32,846 bases of DNA from positions 1 to 32,846 of the forward strand of contig KZ539120.1 in assembly GCA_000934665.2 (NCBI GenBank), read 5' to 3'. Numbering within the stretch: position 1 is the stretch's first letter; every line of letters begins with the position of its first letter. A program made the translations under genes and the position numbers. Positions 23,757 to 32,846 of this stretch are shown here, one piece after another. Under the pieces are notes generated by a model. The model was not told where the DNA came from, ran no database searches, and saw only the letters and a list, made by a program, of their open reading frames with translations. Origin of the DNA: Catajapyx aquilonaris. Its lineage: Eukaryota.

Positions 23757-25131
23757 CAAGAGCTAATAACTGAGAGCTTCCGAGTCCCCTATCCCTTGCA
23801 TAGAGCTGGGTTCCTCATCCTCTCCGCAGAACTGGTGACTCCCCAGACGGGCATGGCCGAATGAAGGCAGCAACATTAACACGGTAGGGATACATGGGAA
23901 ATATCCTGGATACGTCACGGAGAAACGAGTCCCCCCACCACCTCCACCAGGGCTATTGAGAAGGTCCTGCCCACTCATCGGCCAGTGCCCAATCAGAGAC
24001 CAATGCCTTCAGAGACCCAGAACAGCTATTCTTCCTTGAAGGCAGGTGGTCTGTGTGGGGTAAAGGTTGGAGAGGGGGTTCCCAAAATAGGCTCGATGGC
24101 CTCGGGGGGGGGGGGGGGGGGNGGGCAGATAAGTGAGACTCTTCCTAATCTACCCTCCTTGGGCTTATATCAGGTCCCATAGTGGCCCTTCTAAACTAAT
24201 CCGGCTACCTTTTTAAAGACGCACCTTTTTGCACTTTTGACAGCAAATATGAATTCTAAGGTGTCGAAAACCTATATTTTCATACCTGATTCATACCGGG
24301 CAGGTCAAAAGTAGATCTAGCATGATAACTTCAACAAGTTTTCTTAATATACACATGGGTTTCCGTGGGCCTGTTTGTGACATGCCTGGTACGAATCGAG
24401 TATGAAAAGATAGGTTTTCGACACCTTAGAATGCATATTTGCTGTCAAAAATGCAAAAAGGTGCGTCTTTAAAAAAGTTTGCAGATTAATTTAGAATGCG
24501 CATTACCCCATCATCTGCTATAAGCCCAAGGAGGGTAGATTATAGGAAGGGTCTCACTCATCTGACCCCCTCAGCCCAAACCCTTGCACTGTTGCAATTT
24601 ACAGCTCTACCACTTTTTTTTTAAGTTCATCATATTCTGATTCCTACTATAACACTGCATATCACGTTTCAGCCAAATTGCGAAATACCGTGGGGAGGGA
24701 AAAACCAGCGAAATTTTGAAAATGGGGTCTTTTTTGGATAATTTTTTTCGGTTATTGGAAGTGGTAATTTCCCTTGTAGCACTTGGGAAAACATTTCCGC
24801 CACCCTTTTATGGCCCAGGCTCGATATTTGCCGATTGACAGGGTCCTACAGTGCACGGAGCCTTGAGTGAACCAAGCAGGCTCCGTGCATGCTGGCCATG
24901 CTGGGCCTACCAGTCTGGGCGGGGCGGGGGGGGGGGGGGGGGGGGGGGGGTGTCAAAGTCCACAGAAAGAGTTGACCCCCTGAAGTAGCCACGCCTCTGG
25001 GAGGGACAAAGGTTCCCTTCTTGGTTCGGCCTAGTCGCGCCAGAGAGAAACTAATCGCAACACTTCCCTGCTCCATCAGAGGTTCAGTCACGGCAAAGGA
25101 CTTGTCACATGCTCTCAGTTATTAGCTCTTG
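23757..25131. mobile_element. Non-autonomous DNA transposon with perfect 21-bp TIRs and 7-bp TSD (P superfamily likely)
   Basis: TIR CAAGAGCTAATAACTGAGAGC (23757-23777) and its exact reverse complement (25111-25131). TSD ATACTAC at 23750-23756 and 25132-25138. CA...TG ends. Confidence 0.8.
24125..24566. mobile_element. Foldback MITE or long inverted repeat (~190-bp arms) inside the P-like element
   Basis: 24125-24310 is the diverged reverse complement of about 24375-24566, for example TTCTAAGGTGTCGAAAACCTAT / ATAGGTTTTCGACACCTTAGAA. Confidence 0.85.
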
Positions 25132-25385
25132 ATACTACCATGCTGTAGTAGATGTTGTGATGTTAGTTCTCCTCTTTGGCTCTACCACCCAAGCTGGGAG
25201 AACTGGATAGGAGAGCTGACATCATGGATGAGGTCACTGTTCTGTCCAATTTTGTTGAGAAAAATATGAAATCCCCCCCATAACCATTCCTGTTGGCAGT
25301 ATTTAAAGAGTACCTGAAAAACTGCTCGTACCAGAAAGTTAAGTAATACACAATAATAAAATGACTTACTGTGTTTCTTTGGCAG

Positions 25386-25565
25386 CTGTTGCTGAGTAGT
25401 GGAAAGGTTGCATCCCTCCGTGAACCCATAACCACTGTGGACCTCTCTTTGCAATGTGGAGATGGCAAACCTGATCACCTGAGCCTTGAATTGAACAAGT
25501 CAGAGCTGGACAAGGTTGTGGCAGCTTTGGAAGCTGCCAGTGAAGCTGCATCCCAATGGGAATGA
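25386..25565 (+). CDS. COMMD8: COMMD8 exon 3 (COMM domain C-terminus)
   Basis: LLLSSGKVASLREP...LSLELNKSELDKVVAALEAA. Acceptor TTTCTTTGGCAG. Stop TGA at 25563-25565. Confidence 0.9.
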   Translation: MLLSSGKVASLREPITTVDLSLQCGDGKPDHLSLELNKSELDKVVAALEAASEAASQWE

Positions 25566-25675
25566 AAAAAAGACCCATGCACACAGCATTGTAAATTTGG
25601 AATACATTTATTATAATACACACAAGGAAATGGGACGAACTGGATATATGAAAAAACGGAAATGTAATTTTCATT

Positions 25676-25794
25676 TCATGGTTGAGTGTGTGAAATGACA
25701 AGCCAAGCTATGACGAGGTAGAACAGGAAGATTGGATACACTGCCAGGGCTTTTCGTCTTGGAGGCTGACTGTCTCCCAGAAACACAACTGCAG
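25676..25794 (-). CDS. YIPF6: YIPF6 last exon (not in ORF track)
   Basis: (A)AVVFLGDSQPPRRKALAVYPIFLFYLVIAWLVISHTQP*. Long polypyrimidine acceptor ...CTCCACCCCAG. Phase 1 matches the upstream donor. Confidence 0.92.
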
Positions 25795-25862
25795 CTGGGG
25801 TGGAGAGGAGAGAAAAATTAATATACTATAACATGTAACAAAAATACATGATGTATGTATAA

Positions 25863-27662
25863 TCCTATGTAACACACACAAAAAATTGTCCTTGGGAATT
25901 CATCACTGTTCCTTAGTTCACTCATAATGCATAATGAGCTTACATTCAGTCTTAACTTATTTTTGACATCGGCGCAGTCAAAAGCAAAAATATTGTCAAT
26001 TTGTAATGTTTCACAAATGGTATTTTCCTAATTAATAATATAATAATATAATAATTTACCCCGTGATAGAGCCATTGGCTCTCTTAGGGGGGGAGTTCAT
26101 CCCAATTTTTTTTTTGTCAGGAACTCTTGTCTTTTTACTTTTTGCTTCGCTTTTTGGGAAGGGATAGGGAAGGAAGGAAGCGGCTGTGGCCTGTTAATTA
26201 CGGAAACAACTCCAGAATTTTCCTGGAGGGACCGTGGGAAACCACAGAAAACCACGGTCAGAGTTGCCGGCCCGGGGATTTGATCCCTGGACCTCCCGAT
26301 TAGCAGTCTGGCTCCTTAACCCCTACACCAACCTGCTTCGGTGTATTTTCCTAATTACATAAAAACCAAAGCAAATTTTTAAAACTTTTCTGTTATGGTA
26401 TGTAATTCTGATCATCACGATGAATTGATTAGTGATGATGATAATCATCACCAAGCATTCACCATCCTCTTCACCTTTCCAGATGGACCCTGTTTCTGAA
26501 ACAATGTAACCTCTGTTTGAGGCAATCTGGATCACTTGCAATCCATACCAGTGGCACCATTTCATTGACAGCTCACCCAGGAGCAGTGCTGCTCCACAAC
26601 AGGAACTGGTTACCATCTCTTCCTATGGCTCACTCGGTGTAATTCCAGTACGATTAAAACAAAGTGAAGATTCTGCTGGAATATCATGAGTACGGCTGGC
26701 ATCACTGGAGACTTTAAAGAAGGTGGCTTTGATGGGTCTCTAGGGTGGTTCCATGAAGTTCCCCTGCTATCTTTACCTTTGGGACAGCAAGGACACCAAA
26801 AATCACTACCATAGGCAGGGCTGGATACAGCTGACTGAGTTCTCCTGGGGGAAGAACAATGTCAAATGGCAGCCACTGATGGAACCTCAGAAGGTGCTGC
26901 CACTGCACATTAAGTTGAGCCTGATGAAGCAGTTTGTGAATTCTTTAGACCATGAATGTACAGCTGTCAAGTATCTCCAAGACTTCTTCCCTAAACTGTC
27001 TGCTACAAAGGTCAAAGCTGGTGTCTTCATCGCACCACAGATCAGGAAGATCATGGAATACTCTGAATTCCTGAAGAAGCTCACCATGGTGGAGAAGGCA
27101 GCTTGGAACAGCTTTGTCGCAGTGGTTCGGTCGGGGCTTCCTGGGAAACCACAAGGCTGACAATTATGTTGAGCTGGTCAAGACTCTGGTGAGGACTCAT
27201 GCCACCATGTGCTGAAAGATGTCCCTCAAAGGCCACATCCTCCATGCTCATCTTGATTGATTCAAGGAGAGCTCTTCCACCAAGACAACTGATTTTGAAT
27301 AACTGCTACCAGGGACAATACAACGAAAGAATGATGGGCGATTTACATTTGGGAGCTGGTTCGGGAGTGTAACATTGTGTACAATCGTAAATGTTGAAAG
27401 ACTGGCCATGTATAAATATTTTGAAGATATCAAGTTACAAAATAATACATGAGTGATCTGAAGTTGTTTCAGATTATTTTTCAATCAAGAATAAAGCAAA
27501 TCATCAATTTTTTAAACACTGAAAATGGGCTACTTCAAAATATTGATATCCTGGTCACAAAAACAAAGTTTTACACAAATGATTGCTATACACTATACTT
27601 TTTAGACATAAGCTATCAGGACAATGTGGTTATTTCCCAAGGACAAAAAGTGTTACATAGTG
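25863..27662 (+). mobile_element. Internally deleted Chapaev3 (CMC) DNA transposon relic in the last YIPF6 intron
   Basis: Transposase remnant at about 26700-27400 (KFPCYL.LWDS, PLHIKLSLMKQFV, YLQDFFPKLS, FHQD..DFE..YQG..N..MMGD..WELVR). Right TIR ...CCCAAGGACAAAAAGTGTTACATAGTG followed by TAA. Degenerate left TIR TAA-TCCTATGTAACAC...TTGTCCTTGGGAA. Confidence 0.75.
26035..26342 (-). mobile_element. tRNA-derived SINE, family C copy 2, inserted in the Chapaev3 relic
   Basis: Reverse complement aligns with 20224..20511. Perfect 15-bp TSD GTATTTTCCTAATTA at 26020-26034 and 26343-26357. Confidence 0.9.
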
Positions 27663-28188
27663 TAATCAGGGCAAAGGTATATTCCCAATATTCCTAAGAA
27701 AGCTTATATAAATGGAAACTGCAGGACACGGGCGAGGAGTTTTTGTATGTATATACGGGTTTGGAAACGAGCCCCATTATTGCGTGGATCTCTCAAGTCC
27801 CACCCGGCAGATTCTTCCGTCAGTGCATGGAGCGATAAACATATCAGAAGTTCTGGAATGCCAATTGCAAACACGAAGTGACCTTAATTTAATTATCCTC
27901 TGTGCACCTAAGTTATTTTTTAAAGAAATTCTCTCCCATCCCCAACACCACAATTTTTGGATTTAAAAATAAATATATGTGTGACATGTCAAGGCACTGG
28001 ATGTTAAATTTGTTTGGACTCCCCATATCAGTTTTATAATGCTAATATCAAAGTTGCAGCAACTACAGAATGGTACTGACGTCACACTGGCAGCCATGAC
28101 TTTCCAAATGTCAATAATATAACTGACAAGTAAAGGCTTGTGACATCAGTACCTGTTCTGGTTGCAGAAATGTTACCTGGAAACTTAC

Positions 28189-28349
28189 CAAATGTGGCCC
28201 AAGCAAATGCAATGACCGTGATGACAAAGCGAACGATGAACCATAAGTTAGTTTTATCTGCCACCATTAGAATCAGCCGGCACAAGAGTAGGGCAATGGC
28301 ATTTGGCAGCAGGCAATAGCCCAAGACGCAAACACTTTGGAAGAATGAA
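28189..28349 (-). CDS. YIPF6: YIPF6 exon 5
   Basis: (I)SFFQSVCVLGYCLLP...FAWATF. Acceptor TTTCTTTTCAG, donor GTAAGT. Confidence 0.93.
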
Positions 28350-28438
28350 CTGAAAAGAAATAAAGTCATGTTAATTGTTTAAATGTTCATAGCCCAGAAC
28401 AGCCCCAAAACAGGGAAGAGTTCACAGGCAACACTTAC

Positions 28439-28570
28439 ATATTTCCCCCAAGCAACTTCGAGTTGAGTGTAACCACAACAGCACCCAACCAAACTACTAC
28501 AAAAACTTCGGCAAACTCAGGCCCACCATCATTCATCTTGTCTGCCATGTCTGAAGATCCTTGTAGTATC
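28439..28570 (-). CDS. YIPF6: YIPF6 exon 4 (not in ORF track)
   Basis: (M)ILQGSSDMADKMNDGGPEFAEVFVVVWLGAVVVTLNSKLLGGN(I). Phase 2/2, donor GTAAGT. Confidence 0.93.
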
Positions 28571-28648
28571 CTGCATTAAAAATTATAGTTAGAAAGTAGG
28601 ATTAGTCCCATGTGGTGGACAAATTGCAATATTATGTACAGTACATAC

Positions 28649-28770
28649 ATGGCCATTAGGGTGCAAAGTATGAGTGGACCCCATAGATCCCAGTCTCGCA
28701 GGAGTGTCTTCTTTTCTTTGGGGTATAGAACATGAACAAATTTGATTCCCACTGCTTTCAGGTCACGCAT
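28649..28770 (-). CDS. YIPF6: YIPF6 exon 3
   Basis: MRDLKAVGIKFVHVLYPKEKKTLLRDWDLWGPLILC (Yip1 DLxGP motif). Donor GTATGT. Confidence 0.93.
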
Positions 28771-29276
28771 CTGAATTTGTGGAGAGAAAGTTTTGATTAT
28801 AATGACGACGCAGGTGATATTATTGATCAGCTAACATGAAAGGACTACTTGATTATAATGATTATATGGAAGTGTTTTGTGTGGTTCCTAGCATCTTTCT
28901 GCCCCATATATGCTAAAATCTACCCATTTTTACCAAGTGCCCCCCAAAAACGGCAACTGCTCGTGATACAACAAAACAGTTCTGGCAGTAAACCACTTAA
29001 ATTGTAACATAATACCATTGAATTGTTAAAATAATGTAACTGTGTAGGCAAGTGAAAAAAAACATGCAAAATTCATATTTCAAATGGGAATTTTTTGGAA
29101 TCATGCAAAGCTTGCCTGGGTTTTGCACGAAAAATTAGATAGGCCTTTATGTTCATTGTCAAGTACACACAGGTAAGAACCCATTGTTTTTCAAGCAAAT
29201 CCCAGGGAGTCGAGCTACTTCATTTACACAGAATGGAGTGATGCATAGTAAAACGTTCCGCTACTAGCTTCCTTAC

Positions 29277-29411
29277 AAAAGTTGTCCTGATAGGTTCATC
29301 TAGTGTGTTGTACTGCAGTGGAGGTCCCCTCCCACTTTCTGCTGTGGACCCTCCTGTGCTGGAAACATCCAGTTTGTCATCTCCAATTGTACCCATGTCA
29401 GGAATGTAAAC
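29277..29411 (-). CDS. YIPF6: YIPF6 exon 2
   Basis: VYIPDMG...YNTLDEPIRTTF (conserved TLDEP). Acceptor TTTTACAG, donor GTAAGG, phase 0/0. Confidence 0.9.
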
Positions 29412-29958
29412 CTGTAAAATAATATACATATTAAGTAATGGGTCTTTTATAGTCTTTTCCCTGTCACACATGCAGATTTGTGATATCTGCATTTGAATAT
29501 CACCCCCTAGTGCACCATAGATGCCTTGATAGAAACAAATTTAACAAAAGACTAGCCTAATTAACTACAAGGGCACATCAAGTATCATCCTGATTATTTT
29601 CGCAAATTTACTTGACTTCCACTTCTTCCGTCTAAAAAAAAAGCCCTGGTCGGAAAGAAGTGCCCTTTGTAAGAGGTGAGAAATGTGACGGTGATATCCC
29701 AATCAGAAAATACAGAAAAACTTGCATCTGGTGGGACAAGTGCACCAATTTCTCTGGAGCATACCTTAAAAAATATAAATTTATGTGGACTCCAATATGA
29801 CTACTTGCACTTGATCAAGAGTCACATGTTTTCATTTAAGTACATTTTCAAAAAACCAGAGTAAAAGGTACTTGTGGATCATCAGAGCAAATGTTCACGT
29901 CTGCAGTAGTTATGACACTGAGTTGGGCCTATCTAAGGAAATGTGATTTCAGCTAAAT

Positions 29959-30050
29959 CAACGGTTCTCAAACTGTGCCNNNNNNNNNNNNNNNNNNNNN
30001 NNNNCCCCCAAAGGGGGGCGCGAAGGGGTGGCAGGGGGGGCTGCGAATCC
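29959..30050. mobile_element. Truncated hAT MITE end spanning an assembly gap (N run at 29980-30004)
   Basis: CAACGGTTCTCAAACTGTG resembles the hAT TIR at 3513, followed by a G/C-rich subterminal tract. No right TIR found. Confidence 0.5.
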
Positions 30051-30179
30051 AAAAATTATGTGACTCGAAGCAGGCACAAAAGTCACACTGATTAGGTAAG
30101 AACTACTTCTCAGGGCTTACTGTAGCATGCAGTTCTGAATAAGTATTTGTGCAGTCAGATAATAGCAGACAGGGAAAAC

Positions 30180-30298
30180 GAGAGAACGATCTTGACGTCA
30201 TCGTATCTTCCATGGTTCCTTTTTGTGGCTACTGTTTACTCATATTGTTCTGTGAGGGTATTTCCATGGAAACCTTGATGACGTCAGATCGTTCTCTC
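30180..30298. repeat. Inverted repeat carrying two TGACGTCA palindromes, in YIPF6 intron 1
   Basis: GAGAGAACGATCTTGACGTCATC...TTCCATGG and CCATGGAA...GATGACGTCAGATCGTTCTCTC. Confidence 0.75.
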
Positions 30299-30559
30299 AT
30301 TTTCCATACATTACTTCAAAAACCCACATAGCTCTGGCCAACTCGATACACATACCCAAGTGTCACACATATCTTACAAAATATTTATAATCAATCTGCC
30401 TGTCAATTTGTTGAGCTTGCATTGATTTCGCCTGAAAAGTTTCAAATTCCAAGTGGCCATAGAACGCCTATTGAAAAATGAAAATATCGCGCACACACAC
30501 ACAAGGGTCAATAGTCACGTCATTTGTCATTTCCACTAGTTTCCACCCTTCCTGCTTAC

Positions 30560-30586
30560 TCCTGTATTGGGATCGCTGTAACTCAT
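30560..30586 (-). CDS. YIPF6: YIPF6 probable first coding exon (MSYSDPNTG)
   Basis: AAAATG context in a CpG-rich segment. Donor GGA|GTAAGC in phase 0 fits exon 2 and gives 231 aa in total. No homology support for these 9 residues. Confidence 0.6.
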
Positions 30587-30699
30587 TTTCAGGCGCGTAT
30601 GGGCTGGTCCTGTATCCGGAAAAGAGGTCGCGATCAGACCACGCTTTGCGCCGCTGACAAGAGTCGCACTTTCTGCTACTGTTGCCTGCGCTCCACGTC

Positions 30700-31080
30700 G
30701 ACCATCTTGAGCGTATCTGAATTGGCACACTTCGATTGAAAGTGCACTACTCTCACAAAGAGCTCACAAGTATGCAACCTGTTCTGGAAATTTAATGTAA
30801 AAAATACTGCCACAAACAAATGTGCAAAACTGTTTCAAATTTATAAATTAAATATACAAATCACAATACTTAATTTTTTATAAAAACATTGGAGACAAAA
30901 ATTGGCACATATTTAATGTTATCTATGATTCGTTTAATTTTATATTGTAATTAAAAGTAAGTTTTACACCACATATATTTGTTTGATTAGGAATTAAAGT
31001 TAATTAAAATCACCTTTGAGGTCAGGGTGTTGCCAGATCAGCAGACATTTGGCAAAATGGTGGCGGCTACCTGACATGTG
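30700..31080. promoter_or_regulatory. Probable bidirectional promoter YIPF6/CCDC134
   Basis: Divergent ATGs 600 bp apart. AT-rich core flanked by GC-richer segments. YY1-like AAGATGG (minus, ~30702-30708) and AAAATGG (plus, ~31054-31060). Confidence 0.55.
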
Positions 31081-31186
31081 GATCAGTGTGGACCTTTTCC
31101 CGTGCTTTTCCTGCCAAGTTACATCCTCTCCTGTGCAAACTGCTATGTGAATCAAAGCAAGTGCTCAAGGAATCGTGACCAGTAAG

Positions 31187-31310
31187 ATGAGGCTTTTGAT
31201 AGTTATCAATCTTACGCTTTTGTACCCTGTGGTTGTCTTCGCATCGAAGGCAGACTCTGTTCGGGAGACCAAAGATGGTAACGAGAGAGTAACAAAAGAA
31301 GTGAAGATAT
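31187..31310 (+). CDS. CCDC134: CCDC134 homolog, coding exon 1 (signal peptide)
   Basis: MRLLIVINLTLLYPVVVFA is a signal-peptide-like stretch. The exon ends at the U12-type donor GTATCCTTT in phase 1 and joins the next exon in frame. Confidence 0.8.
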
Positions 31311-31857
31311 GTATCCTTTCACGAAAACTTAATTACGATTACGATAATTGTGAACCAGGACTGTTTAATTCGGTACTCCATGTGTGGAATTTTAAAAAAC
31401 CGGCATTCTGCTCATTCGGTGTCATTCAAATTCTGCTTTAAAATACAGCCAGCCAAGCATAATTTACTTATATTCTGAGACATTTTCAATTCAACATAAT
31501 TATCTACACGAACATTCAATGTTTACTGCCAGCACGATTAAAGTAATACTTGGTGCATTCGACACATTCCTTAGATTTGGTTGCCCTTGGTAGGTTCGTG
31601 CTAGCAATAATAGACAGCATATGCGACAAAAAGATTGGGTGTTATGAACAATTAGCAATAAGGGCTATTGACAATTGAACAGCTTCGAGCAAAATTTACC
31701 ACAACAAAAGCTACCTGCATACTTGGAACACCGTGTATATCTTAGAATTCAATTTTTCACCCATACTTTGATAGGATGTTTTAGGATGCAAATGCCTGAC
31801 AACAACAACAACAAAAATAAAAAAAATAAATATACCTTAACTTTAAAAATGAAACAG
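31311..31857 (+). other. U12-type (minor spliceosome) GT-AG intron
   Basis: 5' site GTATCCTTT at 31311-31319. Branch site TACCTTAAC at 31833-31841. CAG ends 16 nt later, with no polypyrimidine tract. Confidence 0.88.
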
Positions 31858-31979
31858 TTCAAGAACTTTTTAAAAGGAAAAGAGAGGAGCATAAGATTGC
31901 TGTGCAACGAATACGGAAATTTGATTCTGTTGAGAAGCAGTACAAGATGGTCCAACTTGTTTCGCAGAAAGTTTTTGAG
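31858..31979 (+). CDS. CCDC134: CCDC134 homolog, coding exon 2
   Basis: (F)QELFKRKREEHKIAVQRIRKFDSVEKQYKMVQLVSQKVFE matches, from memory, the CCDC134 pattern YKKMFEVKRREQ...QQYKILDVMLKGLFK. Donor GAG|GTGAAT. Confidence 0.85.
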
Positions 31980-32039
31980 GTGAATTAGATTTTGTCTTGT
32001 ATTTATTTATGAAGTCGCAATTCAAATTATATATTTCAG

Positions 32040-32124
32040 ATACTTGAGAACAAGAAGATTGTTTTGGAAGGTTCGGGCTACATGCCTGGTGATCACTTCC
32101 CCTCGGATATGAGTATTCAGGAGG
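32040..32124 (+). CDS. CCDC134: CCDC134 homolog, coding exon 3 (gene continues beyond the window)
   Basis: ILENKKIVLEGSGYMPGDHFPSDMSIQE parallels CCDC134 VLEDSRTVL...PDGPFPQDEKLKD. 60-nt upstream intron, donor G|GTAAGT. Confidence 0.85.
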
Positions 32125-32846
32125 GTAAGTGCCCTTATTCATAAACAAATCCTAATGTTGAGTCGTGATTTGAATTTGGGTTGCTGTATTATTGATAGTG
32201 GATTTAAAGAGTATGACCTGCAAAGTAATATTTGAAGCAGATTTGAGGATAAGTGTGTAGTTCATGCAATCGTTTGGAACCATTTACATATATACCATGG
32301 GCTTTGATAGTTTTTTTTTACTCACTCCTATATTAAGTCCTTTATACAATATTATGATAAAAATGGCTCTGTCTGATAGAGTTTTAAACAACTTAAATAT
32401 CAACCTTGAAAAGATAGGAGGTACTTTTAAATTTTCTAATTTTTGTAATGCCCAGAAACCAGACATATAATTACCTTATCACAAGATTTATGCTAAATAC
32501 TATTACAGCATGAGGTTGTACAATGTCAATACCATACTTTCCACTGAGTTGGAATTAAACCGTAGTTTTCCTTCTGTGATAACAATAATGATTTATATTT
32601 ATGCCATGCAACTGATTCAATAAAACGCCAGCAAAATCTGGATTTGATTGAGACAATATTGAGACAATATTGATTGTAGAAAAAGTATCCCTTCACTTGT
32701 GCAATTCACACATTAGCCCAGTCAATCTAGACTGAAAAAGAGCCAAAGGTGGAAATTTGAGATAGAAAGCTAATTTTTGGTACAGTTGTCCTTCATGATG
32801 TTCTCAAACAGTGTGTAAAAGTCCCGGAGTGTCCGACGCTTGCTTC

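Noticed and set aside
1625..26357. Two SINE TSDs both containing TATTTTCCTA, suggesting site-specific insertion
   Set aside because: The other five SINE TSDs share no such motif, and two AT-rich cases are too few.
31675..31983. 102-aa ORF overlapping CCDC134 exon 2
   Set aside because: It is in a different frame from the CCDC134-like peptide and includes low-complexity intronic sequence.
1..32846. CRISPR array, prokaryotic or viral operon, or phage origin suggested by the T7 gp4-like helicase
   Set aside because: There are no regularly spaced direct repeats. The helicase is the ordinary intron-containing nuclear Twinkle gene among eukaryotic genes.

Overview
Animal (most likely arthropod) nuclear DNA with five spliced housekeeping genes in alternating orientation: TSSC4 (+), Twinkle/TWNK (-), COMMD8 (+), YIPF6 (-) and the first three coding exons of CCDC134 (+). 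The six-frame track misses CCDC134 as a gene. Its exons join only through a U12-type (minor spliceosome) intron. TWNK/COMMD8 and YIPF6/CCDC134 are head-to-head. COMMD8/YIPF6 are tail-to-tail with stop codons only 110 bp apart. Introns and intergenic DNA are dense in transposons: seven tRNA-derived SINE copies from five families, most with target-site duplications (TSDs); hAT/Buster MITEs; mariner DD34D and DD41D relics; a Chapaev3 relic; a probable P-superfamily element; and several foldback MITEs, some nested three levels deep. I see no convincing new protein-coding system. The most notable unexplained pattern is a covarying 3' stem-loop shared by five otherwise different SINE families. Gene and family names come from motif recognition, not database searches. 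Coordinates were counted by hand.
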